Shown: piece by piece, positions 17,420-31,422 of the stretch | Numbering within the stretch: position 1 is the first letter of the stretch | Layout of the letters: the number at the start of each line of letters is the position of its first letter | Origin: the human T2T-CHM13v2.0 reference genome, Homo sapiens | Assembly (NCBI RefSeq): GCF_009914755.1 | Contig: NC_060931.1 | Direction: 5' to 3' (one strand) | DNA: 64,000 nt | Translations under genes and position numbers: made by a program | The notes under the pieces: generated by a model | Databases searched by the model: none | The model's input: the letters and a program-made list of their open reading frames with translations, nothing else | Told to the model about the DNA's origin: nothing

Positions 17420-17833
17420 GGGGTATGGGTGGGGGTCACAGTCTTACCATGGTAGGAACTCACTCATTAAGTGGAAGAGGGAGCGGAATACCCCATCCCA
17501 CCCCCACACACTCACACAGAGAAACAGCTTTTCCAGATAATGACTTTATGCAAATCAGAGAAAGGCTCCGCTGCCCTAGACCACCTTCCTGCTGCCTGTG
17601 GAGAGGCATTGATTAGCCCCCTGCAAAGCGATGCGTCCTGGGTGGACAGATGCCCAGGAGCGTGCACAGTGGCCCAAGGAGAGGGTGGGACCCACCTCTT
17701 GGCACAGAGCGATCACTGCCTCTGCTAAATAACCTTCTACAGCTCCCCCAGCCCTGAGCGATTTCTCCAAACTGAGCCCCTAAATCTGTATCAGTCACTG
17801 CTGCATGAAGAACAGGTGTGGCTCATGGTAAGA
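17420..17833 (+). promoter_or_regulatory. Candidate promoter and first exon ending at a 5' splice site
   Basis: Repeat-free, GC-richer island; CACCC boxes, AGATAA 17535-17540, octamer ATGCAAAT 17548-17555, TAAATAA 17726-17732, donor ATG|GTAAGA at 17828. Confidence 0.4.
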
Positions 17834-18195
17834 CAAGGATCAGCAGGACTCTGCCCACTGGGAGAGGAGCGGTGAGGTGAGGGGGATGTCAGTTTGCTGG
17901 GCAGGTGGGGGACTCTGACGAACACAGACCGCTTCCAGGACTGGCAACATAACCGTGGCCCCAGTGACAAAGGAAAATGCGGGACAGCTTGTGCAAAAAT
18001 TATTAAGGATTTCAAGATGGCGACAGCAGAGCATTAAACCCAGCACAGGGTTCCCAGTGAAGGCGTTGGTTCACAGGCCCCTGGAGCTGGCACTGGGCCC
18101 CTGATTCCCTGTCAGCTGTGGCTGCCCCGTTCAGTCTGAGCAATGACAACCCACATCTTTCCTGCCATTGCCCCTAGGTCATCTCGACCCTCAAC

Positions 18196-19001
18196 GCACA
18201 CACTCCAACAACCTACACATACACACACCATAGTCACACACCCCACACACACACTCTCTTACACACCACACACTCACATTCACACACTCACCCTACACAT
18301 ACCCACTATAGTCACACACCCCACACTCTCTCACACTCATACTCACGCACACCCCACATTCACACACACAGCACACACATTCACACGCTCACCCTATACA
18401 CACCCACCATAGTCGCACATCCCACAGTCTCTCACACACCCACTCACACACACCCCACACTCACACACCACACACATTCGCACACTCACCCTACACTGTC
18501 ACTTACACACACATCCTACATACACTCATCATAGTCACACACCCCACGCTCTCACACACACGTCTTACACACACTCATCAGTCACACACCCATACTCTCT
18601 TACACTCATACTCACATTCACACACTCACCCACCCTAACACGTACCCACCATAGTCACACCCCACACTCTCTCCTACACTCAAACACCATAGTCACACAC
18701 CACAGACACCACACTCACACTCCACACTCTCACACACCCTTCACTTACACACATTCACATACCACACACACCATACACACCCCACAGTCATACACACTCA
18801 TTCACACACCATAGTCACACACCCCACACTCTATCTCACACACACCCCCACACTCACACACACACCACACACACCATACATACACCCCCCACAATACAGA
18901 TTTGCACACTCTCACACCCCACACTCTCACACACTATAGATTTGCACACTCTCTCACACACACTCCACACTCACGTGCACACACACATCCTCGCACACCC
19001 G
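18196..19001 (+). repeat. Degenerate CA-rich minisatellite/low-complexity array
   Basis: About 800 bp almost without G; recurring unit caccatagtcacacaccccacactctc. Confidence 0.9.
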
Positions 19002-22000
19002 CAGTCCTCCTGAGATCCCTTTGGGCTGGCCATGTTCTTCTCCCAGGAGAACTGGTGAAGTAGGAAGCACCCTCTCCAGCGTTCTCATCATCAAGAGCTA
19101 GCTGGCTATTGTTCCTCTGAAGGCTCTCACAGCATGCTTCCTACCTTGTATTTGTTCAATAACGCTAAGCTAAACCATTTGCCTTCCCAGTTCCAAAGCC
19201 TGGTATGACCACAAATCCGATATAAGAGAGTCCAAATATCCTGCCTCCACACGGAGAACCCTCCAGACCCTCATTGCACACTCTCTCTCTCCACGGTTTT
19301 CTCCAGGCAAGCTGAGAGCTCCCGCTCAGGGAACAGCCTCTGTGCTTCCCTTCTGCACGCCTGGTCTCTTATGATTACAGTTTGCCTGCCTGTCTTTAGC
19401 TCTCCGTTCAACTCACGAGTTTTGCACTTTTAATGTTGACATTTTAAAAGTGTGTTTTATAAGTCTAATCAGTAGCAAAGTATATTATCTGTATTTACTT
19501 CAGTATTGACATTTTACAATAAAGTTATCTGTTCAAGAATATATATCCTATGGAATCTGAATATTATAGACTTTGAGAGTTTCCATGATCAATTTATAAA
19601 ATACATGTAAAGCTTTTCATTAACAGTTGAATATTTACATTATTCTTTTCCCCCTGGAACTTACATTTCTATTTCACCAACCCCGCTGCATTTTATCCTA
19701 ATATAGTATAACCCTCTGGCAGGAAGTCTTACTCATCACTATGTCATATGTCCTGTCAACAAAAATAAGTACATAGTGGGAATTAGATTTTTTTAATTCT
19801 TTGTAAGCATCGAGTTTTTATATATGAGAAATATCTAGATTAATATATTTTACAGTTGTGATTCATACACAATTGATTACACATGTTATATATTTTTAGT
19901 AGAAAAAAATATAGAATTTTATCCAAAATGTATCTCTTACTGAGTAGGAAGGGGCTTTTATTTCTCTCATGTTCCAGTACCCACGAATGAGTGCTATTTC
20001 CTGTTAAAATGAGACAGTTTTGGCATAAATTCTATATATACACGTTTGGTTTGTTGTTGTGGTTGTTTTTTAATTTCACTGTTGTAAGTACTGAGGGCAA
20101 TTTTAAGATTTAATTCTGTTTGTATTTAGGGGCATGGTTATAGTAATAATCTGTGAATAAGTACATAGGAATGGAAGAAGTCACTAAGCGTCGCTCAATT
20201 TTTATAAATCCTTTTAGGGCTCATGCCAAAAATCACAGAAAATTACTTTTAAGGTCCTATTATCTGACAATTTGATTAGGTTCTCCTCTATTTTTTAAAA
20301 GTACTAGAAACCAGTTAACTTTCAAACGGATTTGATTGGCCCAAATTAGAGTCATTGTCTCAGTTTCTGGAACATCTACCAAAAAAAGGCTTTCCTGAAT
20401 GGCATTAGTTATACTTATTTTATTAGAGGTACCTTCTATAATTGATTAATACTGTTAGAAAAAGTAAGATTGAAATATTGTCCGTTAGTACACCTTTGTA
20501 ATATGATGCAGTATTTTTAAATCTTCTTTTAAAATGCTTTCGTCAAAAACTTAAGAATGGAAAATTTTGGCTCATGCATGTCACTCAATTAGTCAAATGA
20601 TCACCTTTTAACAAAATCTGCAAAGCCAGTCCTCTTCAGCAAACCCGGCAGCCAAGTCAGATTTCTTCTCTGTTGGGTAACCCTACCTTCCAATCTTTTA
20701 GATTCAAACCCTTTGTGTTGATGTGTGTGCTGAGACAGCCATCCCACTTCTGAGGTTGCCTTCTAAGATAAATACACAGGTGAGACACAGAGCTTTGCCA
20801 TGTTCTCTTGTCTGACGAAATAAAGCTCTTCTGCTGCCAATGTTTTGTCCCGGGCTCATTGCTCTGCTCTTATGGCCAGCTCTTGCAGGAGCAATTTGGC
20901 TTCAGCTGGGTAATAGAAGAAACAGGGTCTTCAAAACTTATTACCACTTCTGCCTCCCTGTTGGATAGTAAGTCTTATTATCAAACATAGCAATGTGGCC
21001 CAACATGCTCACCTCTGACTCTGTTTCCATGCTTTACCCTAAACAAAAATAGCTACAAAGCCAACAAGATGGGAAACCTTACCAAAGCGGCTCGATGGAA
21101 GGAAGCTTCACAAGGACATGATCTCATTAACCCTTTCTTCATTTTCCAGAAGGTTTTTATTTCCAGAGTCGATGTAAGATTCACAGTGGGGAAGAAATAC
21201 ACCTCTGTTATTTTGAAACGTGGGAGAAGGATATTTGTGATAGGGGAGGTGTGTGTGTGTTATTCAGCTTGAAGACCGTGGACAAAAAGTAACAGACTTG
21301 CTCTAGGCTGGACTCAAATCCATCACACACTGGTCCTTGGTGTTCCTTTTCATCAAAATGTCCCTTGACTGGCCTGCCCAAGTCCCTCCTGCTCTCTGGG
21401 CGTGGTGAATTAGAGGACACTCCAATGGAAGAGGCAGTCCCAATCACAGAGCTCCAGAGAAGGGGGTTTGGAAGCTGGAAATGCAGATTTCTGAGTCTTT
21501 CTTCTAGAGCTGAGGCTGCGGAAGTCCATGAGACTGTAGAGGCAGGATGTACAGAGAATTACCTCTGTGCATGTTCATGGGGAAGCATGCTGTGTTAACA
21601 CAAAAAGGAGGAAGGATGCCCAGAAGTCAAATTGAGAATCCACGCTCAATGGGATGCTAGGGGGCTTTTCTGTAAACCTATAATATTTTTAGGGTAATTA
21701 TGATAAGAAAAACAGTAACGGAACAGCCAGTGTTCATTCATCTTTACATTCCCCGTGGTAGATTTGTGACTTAAGGTACCCAAGTGGTAAAGCTGACATT
21801 TTCTTCACAATTCCACTTTCCAAGTCTTTTTCCTGCATGAAGTCACCAAAGAAAATCAGCAATTCTCCTAGACTCTAGACTAGGGAATCTTGGTCAGAGA
21901 ATTTGTCTGCAATGACTTACGTCCAGAGAATGGTCTTGTGTGGAGAGAAATACCTATGCTGAATTCTTACAACTAAACGAAAAAAATATATGCTTGAAGA

Positions 22001-22199
22001 TTTCATTAACATTAGGACATAAAAGCAAAAAGAAAAATGCCTAAATGTCCAAGTATAGATAAAGGACTGACTAAAATAATGGTTCATGTGAGAGAAGTAT
22101 GACTTACGACTCTGGGGTAGAATCAAAGTCCATTTTATCTGTGAGAGCTTCAGAGAAATTCATAATAAGGAGACTTCTGTGTAAAGAGGTTCCTTGATG

Positions 22200-22430
22200 A
22201 TAATAAAAATAATACTTAGCCAACACTGAACTACTCATGATGCTCCAGATACTTATGATGCTCCACTTACTCATTTAACCCTCAGAGTAACCCTATGAAA
22301 TACAAGTAGATGTGAAAGCCAAGGGCTACAGAGGTTGAGTAACTTGCTGAAGGATACCTAGCTAGTCAGTGACAGAGCCAGAATTTGAACACAGAGTCTT
22401 GTACTAGAGTCTGCACAATGCACACTGTCC
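22200..22430 (-). mobile_element. MIR
   Basis: ctcatttaaccctcagagtaaccctatga..agaggttgagtaacttgctgaagg..gctagt..agagccagaatttgaac. Confidence 0.75.
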
Positions 22431-22663
22431 TCTCCCAACAGTTTTCTCATTTGTTTTGGTCAAGATCTGTACTCCGTAGGATCTCTCTCTCATCAAAAAA
22501 TTGTGTGTGCATATTTTTGGGCACTAAAAACATGACATCAATAATGACAATAGTTGCAGAACCAAAAAGAAAAGTATCTTTCCTTTTCCATATTCTTTTT
22601 TACATTCATATGCATACATAATTATTATAAGATTATAATCATAAAATTTTTCTCCTTGCCTTT

Positions 22664-23351
22664 TTTTTTTTTTTGAAACAGAGTCTCACTCTATCCCCCA
22701 GGCTGGAGTGCAGTGGTGCAATCTCGGCTCACTGAAACCACTGCCTCCCGGGTTCAAGCGATTATCGTGCCTCAGCCTCCTGAGGAGCTGGGATTACAGG
22801 CACCTGCCACCACGCCCAGCTAATTTTTGTGTTTTTAGTAGAGATGGGGTTTCACCATGTTGGCCAGGCTGGTCTGAACTCCTGACTTCAGTGTCAGGCC
22901 TCTGAGCCCAAGCTAAGCCATCATATCCCCTGTGACCTGCATGTATACATCCAGATGGCCTGAAGCAAGTGAAGAATCACGAAAGAAGTGAAAATGGCTG
23001 ATTCCTGCCTTGACTGATGACATTACCTTGTGAAATTCCTTCTCCTGGCTCAGAAGCTCCCCAACGGAGCACCTTGTGACCCCCACCCCTGCTAGCCAGA
23101 GGACAACCCCCTTTGACTGTAATTTTCCACTACCTACCCAAATCCTATAAAACAGCCCCACCCCTATCTCCCTTCGCTGATTCTCTTTTTGGACTCAGCC
23201 CGCCTGCCCCCAGGTGAAATGAACAGCTTTGTTGCCCACACAAAGCCTGTTTGGTGGTCTCTTCACACGGACGCGCGTGACACTCAGGCGATCTGCCTGC
23301 CTCGACTTCCCAAAGTGCCGGGATTACAAGGGTGAGCCACCATGCCCAGCC
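22664..23351 (-). mobile_element. AluS split by an LTR7
   Basis: Alu halves 22664-22891 and 23283-23351; TSD TCTCCTTGCCTTT at 22651-22663 and 23353-23365. Confidence 0.93.
22892..23282 (+). mobile_element. HERV-H LTR7-family solo LTR
   Basis: TGTCAGGCCTCTGAGCCCAAGCTAAGCCATCA...GTTTGGTGGTCTCTTCACACGGACGCGCGTGACA; 5-bp TSD ttcag/ctcag; TATAAAA at 23146-23152. Confidence 0.93.
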
Positions 23352-23655
23352 CTCTCCTTGCCTTTTATACTTATTATATTTCAAATAGTTTTATTTTGCT
23401 ATATTATCTTTATCATCATCAGTTGTGATAGCTGCAACATGCTACAGGAAGTTGATGTTCCCTAACTTATTGAGATAGTCCTCTCTTAGTTTCCTTTTTT
23501 GTGTAATATTGCAAATAATATGGCAGCGAACATCCCATATATTATTTCTTTTCCTTCTTCGATTATTTTTTAAAGATAATTCCTGGAGTGAGATTACTGA
23601 ACAAAGGATAAGGATATTTTTTGTTTCTTGTAAGAATAAAGCCACATTACTTTTT

Positions 23656-23938
23656 GTTTTTTTCTTGCTTGTTGCCCAGGCTGGAGGGCAGTGGCACAAT
23701 CTTGCTTATTGCATCTTCTGCCTCCCCAGTTCAAGTGATTCTCCTGCCTCAGCCTCCTGAATAGCTGGGATTACAGATTATAGGCACCTGCCACCATACC
23801 CAGCTAATTTTTGTATTTTTAGTAGAGACAGGGTTTCGCCATATTGGCCAGGGTGGTCTTGAACTCCTGACCTCAAATGATCCACCCACCTCAGCCTCCC
23901 AAAATGCTGGTCACTGGTGGTAGCCACCGCTCCCAGCC
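23656..23938 (-). mobile_element. AluS, diverged, with small indels
   Basis: TSD aagccacat(t/c)acttttt at 23639-23655 and 23939-23955. Confidence 0.9.
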
Positions 23939-24761
23939 AAGCCACATCACTTTTTAATGGGTAATTGTGTATTGTCATCAGTAACATATCAAAAGGATTA
24001 TTGTATTTTAATGTTACAATCCTTTTGCAGTTGTATACCCCACTTTCTTAAATTGTATGTATTTAATAGCTGACAATTCTTGCTATTATGTAATATCTTG
24101 TATTCACTATGTTTAGATGTATATTGCTGAAAAAAGCACAAATTGAATTATAAATGGACTCTTTTTATCTTACCTAAAGAATTTATTTTGAACTTGTAAT
24201 AACAAATGAATTGTTGCTTAGCAAGAATGCTGATTGTGACTAGTTCAAGACATCAATAATTCTTGAGGTTCTTGGCAGATTATGGTTAGAACTCTTATAC
24301 CTCGGCACCATAATAAATAAATATTTTTGCCTTCTTCAACAGTAGATGTCAAAGCAGCTAATTTTGTTGCTCCATCATTGTGTTAGTTCATTCTTATCCT
24401 GAGGAAATTTCAAAAGAAAGCTTGAAACTGAAGACCATTTTGCATGACTCATGTAAAGTTTGTTGAATAAACAAAATAAACCCATGGCAGTGAAATCACT
24501 CCATGATTAGTTGGCAGTAGATTTTGTTCAAGAAACCCTAAGTCATTTTCTTGGTGCATTCGTTTGTCCAGCACTGTATTTTTTGCAAGATGGCAGTTAA
24601 AGGATGCAACTCACTATCAGAGTGCAAATCAAGTGAAAAAAAATCTTATGTTCATTTATTCATTATGTAAATATCTACTGAACACCTTGACTCTGGTGGT
24701 GGCCAATTATACAAGACAGGCATGGCCATGCCCTCATGGAACTTTTGGCCCAGCTTGGAAT

Positions 24762-25768
<1,007 letters not shown>

Positions 25769-27148
25769 CAACATTGGCAGTTAAAACAAGGCTCATTGTG
25801 TCTGCAGTAAGAATGTCGCGCAGGTTGTACACTCCACAGCATGCCTGGCCATGTGCAGTGGTCTCGTGACCACAGCTGCTTCAGCTGTTCAAAAAATTTC
25901 TAATAGGTTCTCCTCAGTTTCATCATGGTCAGTGGACAAGGTCCCTTCTGTCCTACCCCTACCCAAGATCTTCAGGTCCCTTACTCTCATTTCAGGGCAA
26001 GATGATGGGAGAGTTATAAGTGCCCAGGGCTGTTGGATGATTTGTGGTCCACAGTGCAGGCGGCTGGGGGCCCCCTACACTGAGCACGGCTGGGCCCCAT
26101 CTTCCTTCCAGCCTGTCCTTTAGCCCTCCAAGGAGAAGGTCTTTGTTACCCCTCCCCATCCAGGACACCCTCTCTCCCCTGCCACTTCCTCCCCTGGACA
26201 CTGAAATTCTCCATAAGTATACATTGTCTGGCGCTATAGGCTGTGGCTCTTTCTTTCTCCTCTTTACATTGGACTAGGGGAGAAAACCCATCTTTTGGAA
26301 CCGGAGAGCAAATTAATGTACAGAGGAAACACATGAACTAATACTTTTAGATGAGCTCCTACCATGTGCACTCACAAGGGAGCATTTTAAGGGTTCTGAT
26401 GGTGGAGTTCTGGGAGCCCTGGGAACAGACACCAGGAACGCGGCAGCTGATCTGCCACGGAGTCAAGAGGATGTTCCGGGAGGCTCTGTCATTTCTGTAA
26501 ATCAAGGGGTTAGGAAGACAGGGGAGAGGAGAGGGAAATGGAATGCGAAGGTAAGGGTTGGCCAAAAAGGTCTACCGTGCTTTTTTCTGGTCTTTTATTT
26601 TTTGTCTCTTCTGCTCTCTATTGGATCAAACATATTTTGTTTTATAGCTTTCTTTCCTCCCCTCAGTCCCCCACTAGCTTGGAAGTAATGTGTTCTACTT
26701 CAATTCTTTAGTGGTTAACTTTCATTTTTTAAGAGGCGTAATTAACTTTATGAACACTGAAGCTCATTAATCTCTGTATTGTACTCTAACACCACAAAAG
26801 CCTTACAATGCCCAGCTTCCCTCCCCCACCTCCCATACTGGGTGCTGGGTGCTGCTTTTATTTCCTTCTTTTTGTAAACTTCCAAGTCTGGTCATTTATC
26901 ATTATTTTTACACTCGGTTCATATTTAAGTGAATCAAAATGTTTGCCAGTTTCATCTCTTCAGATGGTTTCTTAAATCCAGTTCACTTCTAGATTCAGTA
27001 TTCTTTGTGCTGAAATAATCTTTAAGCTATTTAGAATGAAAAACTCTCTCGGTCTTTGTTATAGCTGAGTTAACCTTTATTATTGATTGACAGACTTGCT
27101 AAATATATAATTCTAGGATAGCCGTTGTATTTTCACTTGGCATTTTGA

Positions 27149-27943
<795 letters not shown>

Positions 27944-28049
27944 AAAAAACATGGAATGCTTCACAGTTTGGCTTGTCATCTCGTGCAGGAGCCATGCTTA
28001 TCTTCTCTTACTGTTCCAATTCTGGCAGGTGTGTTGCAGAAATGAACAC
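27944..28049 (-). pseudogene. U6 snRNA retropseudogene, full length, fused to an L1 3' end
   Basis: aaaacatggaatgcttcac..gtcatc..gccatgcttatcttctct..gttccaatt..gaacac is the reverse complement of a diverged U6. Confidence 0.93.
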
Positions 28050-30630
28050 TGCCATTACTTTTGAGATAATCTTTCTTCTCTTGGTAATTAAAGTAGTTGT
28101 CTTTTTATGGTCTGCAGATTTGTTAAGCTGTACCTTTGTGTAGATTTATTTAATTCATTCTGATTAGGAGTTGTGATGTTACCTCAATTAGAAATTCCAT
28201 TTTTCTTTATATCTGGAAACTTCACCATCATCCCTTCAAACATCGCTCCTCTCCCATTTTCTTTTTCTGTTTCTGGAGCTCCTGTTAACAGATAATGGAC
28301 ATTTTCATTTCTCTTCCCTATTATTGAAACCCTCATATTTTCCAGATCTTTACCTCTTCATGTGACATCTGAGTGATTTTCTCAAATCTTTTTTCCAATA
28401 GACTAATTCTCTGAAGTCTGCTCTTTCAACCTTCTATTGATTTCTCTATTTCAATGGCTAGACATTTCATTGTAGAATTCCTTTGCTTCTTTTGCAAATC
28501 AACTTGGTCTTTTCCCACAGGGTCCTGTTACTGTCTTATGACTCCCACATCTTCCTTTACCTCGAAACAATGAAAGGTGACATTCTTATTTTAAGTGTTC
28601 TCTTCAGCTGTTTTATTATCCTGAGTTATTGGGGTTAAAGTCTCCCGGTCTTTCACCTGCTGCCTCTCCTGGTAGTTTTCTATCACTGAGAGTCCCCAGG
28701 GTCTGGGCCTGGCAGTATCTCCAGGGGAGAGCTCACATTCATCTCTTCTGGGCCTTGTAGGATTCAGCAGTTTAGGGTAATTTTTTGTGTCAGCTTTCAG
28801 CTGGGGAAGCAAATGTGTGTCTTTTTACTACCCACACAGTGTGAGTTCTGGCTTCATTCTCATTGGTGGTTTAGGTCTAGGACATGCTCCTCTTAGGCAA
28901 TTCTGATCCCTCTTAACCTCTTTGGAGCCACCGTTTCCCAGGGCTGGTGGTCAGTGCTGTTTCTTTCCACCGAAGCAACAAGCCAGCCCTCCAAGGTGTC
29001 TGGCTTCCAGCATGGAACCGGAGGTCTGGATTCATCTCCCTGCAAGAGCATCAGAAGCCACACACTCTTGGAGGCTGAGGCCCGGATCTGGCTCTGAAAT
29101 ACCTGTGCCTGCCTCTGGCTTCCATTTTAGCCAAGTCACCCTGGCTTTTAGAAGATTTTGCTTCATTCCTGGCACCTCTTTTGATATTGAACTTGGCTAT
29201 ATGCACAAAGCATTACCTCTTATTTAGCATTTTTATGTATTTGAGGCAGGTAGGGCAGGGTTAGGAGTGGGAGGCGGGCAGCCTTTCATGCCAGCTCAGC
29301 TTGCCCTGTGGTGTGAGGCCCCAAATTGTTTTATGAAGCCAGCGTTAACAGTGGCATCAGACCCACTGAGCCCCTCACAATCTTGCCCATGATCGCCATC
29401 GTGGTAAATGGTTTCCAGGCAAGACCACATACGGCACGCTGGCCCCCTGAAGACCCATGCTCCCCTGTCCCCTGTTGCTCCTGCTGATCAGAGCCAGAGC
29501 TGATGATGCCTCGCAGGCAAGTGTCCTCAGCCAGGGCCTGCGGGTGTGTGACACTCTGCAGGCACCAGGCATCACTCTGCTTCCTGAGCCTCTCACTCTG
29601 GATCCGGTTCTCTGCCTTTTTCAGGCCAATGACTATTATTTTATTTCTCAGGGGTATCTCGCGGCTCCTGTCTCCTCTGTAAAGCACTGTCAAATTTACA
29701 AGAGAGCTTCTCTCTCTCTCCTGTCTCAAAGAGATTAGAATTTGCAAGAAAGAGCCTCCTTGCCCATTTTTTTCCTCTGTGAAAAAAGTTTCAGTTGGAG
29801 AGTGATTTTGCAGCCAGGCTACAACTGGGTAAGATTTGATGGAGACGTACAGATGCGAAGCCTGGAGTATCAATGTCTTTCCACAAGTGCTGGGAAGGAG
29901 AAAAGAAAATTGGTTATTTGAGTGAGAAGAATGTGGAGAAGAGTGGACATATCTGAATGCTGGCAGGAAGGAGCTGAAGCAAAATGAGAGGCGGGCATTC
30001 CAGAAGAGTGAAGGGAGCATTAATAGAGCAAATCACAAGATGGGCCGGGCATTGGCGTTCACCCCGAGGTCATCTGCCGTGCCCAGTCCCACAGCATCTC
30101 TACTTAAGGTGAGGTACTCAATATGTCAGAGTGGAACTTTAACCAAAGGAACACAGCCACCACTCTGAACTTTGGGCTCTTCTCCAAAGCGAAGGTGGGA
30201 CAGAGTTGAGAGAAACTTAAAATCTACTGCTCTTGATGGTTTTAAGTCAACAGCCGGGGACTGGCAGTTTCCTGGCCTGAGCGGACCCAGCCGTATGTGG
30301 GGTGTGAGTGCAGGGCCTTCCTTCCCACAGAAGGATCCCTGCAGCTTGTCCCACTGCCTGGATGGGGAGACCTTGCTGACCAAGGACTCTCTTAACTGGA
30401 GGGGTTTCATAGAAGTTGATGTGTCTGTTGTCACTGCCCAAAACGAACTTATTGTGGAGATAGGTCATTGAAAAGGTGCATTGTGATGAGGTGAGAATAG
30501 GAAAACTTGCAGAGTATGAGGCCCTGGGTGGCTCTGGTAGAACATCATTAAGAGGGGCTCAGGTCATCCTGAGACAGGATTTTTGCATGCCTGGGCCACT
30601 GATAGAAGACTCAAGAAGGATCAAGTAGAA

Positions 30631-30633
<3 letters not shown>

Positions 30634-30663
<30 letters not shown>
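30634..30663. repeat. (GT)15 microsatellite
   Basis: Read directly. Confidence 0.95.
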
Positions 30664-30667
30664 GTAT

Positions 30668-31422
30668 TGTTACAGGGCGTCCTTGCTCCCAGAGCTCCCA
30701 AGATGGTGTTGGGCCACTTCCAAGATGGCTGCAAGCCTCGTGTTCTCTAACCTGGGGTTCTTGGCCTCATGGATTCCAAGGAATGGAATCTGGGGCCATG
30801 CAGTGAGTGTTATAGCTCTATTAGAAGCCTTGGGTCACGGAAGAGAACCATGGAACCCAGTGACTAGTGTTCAGCTCAATTAGGACAAACCCGGGCACTT
30901 AGCCAAGCAGGAACAATGGCAAGCCTTTAGCCCAATCCAGAGCAGCAATGGGCGCCTCACTGGATCAGGAGCACAGCAGACACCCTGCCAGATCCAGAGG
31001 GGTGGAAGTCAGTAGTGGGTCTGCAATGGCGGTAAATATCAATGGTGGACGGCGAGCGAAAGCTCAGGTCCAGCCGTGACAAACACGGACCAGAAGAGTG
31101 TGCACTTGCAAGATTTAATAGAGTGAAAACAGAGCTCCCATACAAAAGGAGGGGACCCAAAGAGGGTAGCCGATGCCGGCTGGAATGCCTGGGTTTGTAT
31201 CCCGGTCATTGTATTGTCCCTCCTGCAGTGCTCTCAGGCGATAGATGATTGGCTATTTCTTTACCTCCTATTTTTGCCTAATTAGCATTTTAGTGAGCTC
31301 TCTCATTAGTCGGGTGTGAGCTAAGTTGCAAGCCCTGTGTTTAGAGGTGGATGCGGTCACCTTCCCAGCTAGGTTTAGGGATTCTTAGTCGGTTTAGGAA
31401 ATCCAGCTAGTCCTGTCTCTCA
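30668..31422 (-). mobile_element. HERV-W LTR17 solo LTR, full length
   Basis: Minus strand TGAGAGACAGGACTAGCTGGATTTCC...GGGAGCTCTGGGAGCAAGGAC..TAACA; 4-bp TSD GTAT at 30664-30667 and 31423-31426. Confidence 0.93.

Noticed and set aside
18143-18412. His/Thr/Pro-rich 89-aa ORF
   Set aside because: Translation of the CA-rich array
18196-19001. CRISPR-like repeat/spacer appearance of the recurring atagtcacac unit
   Set aside because: Eukaryotic DNA, low-complexity spacers of irregular length and no cas genes
29331-30020. Longest ORF in the track (229 aa, minus strand)
   Set aside because: Non-ATG start, no recognisable domain, composition like random translation and no exon structure; probably a chance ORF
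29600-30114. Possible exon: acceptors at 29624 and 29651, donor AAG|GTGAGG at 30109
   Set aside because: Such motifs are common by chance, the implied exon is long with no coherent frame, and it cannot be supported without RNA data
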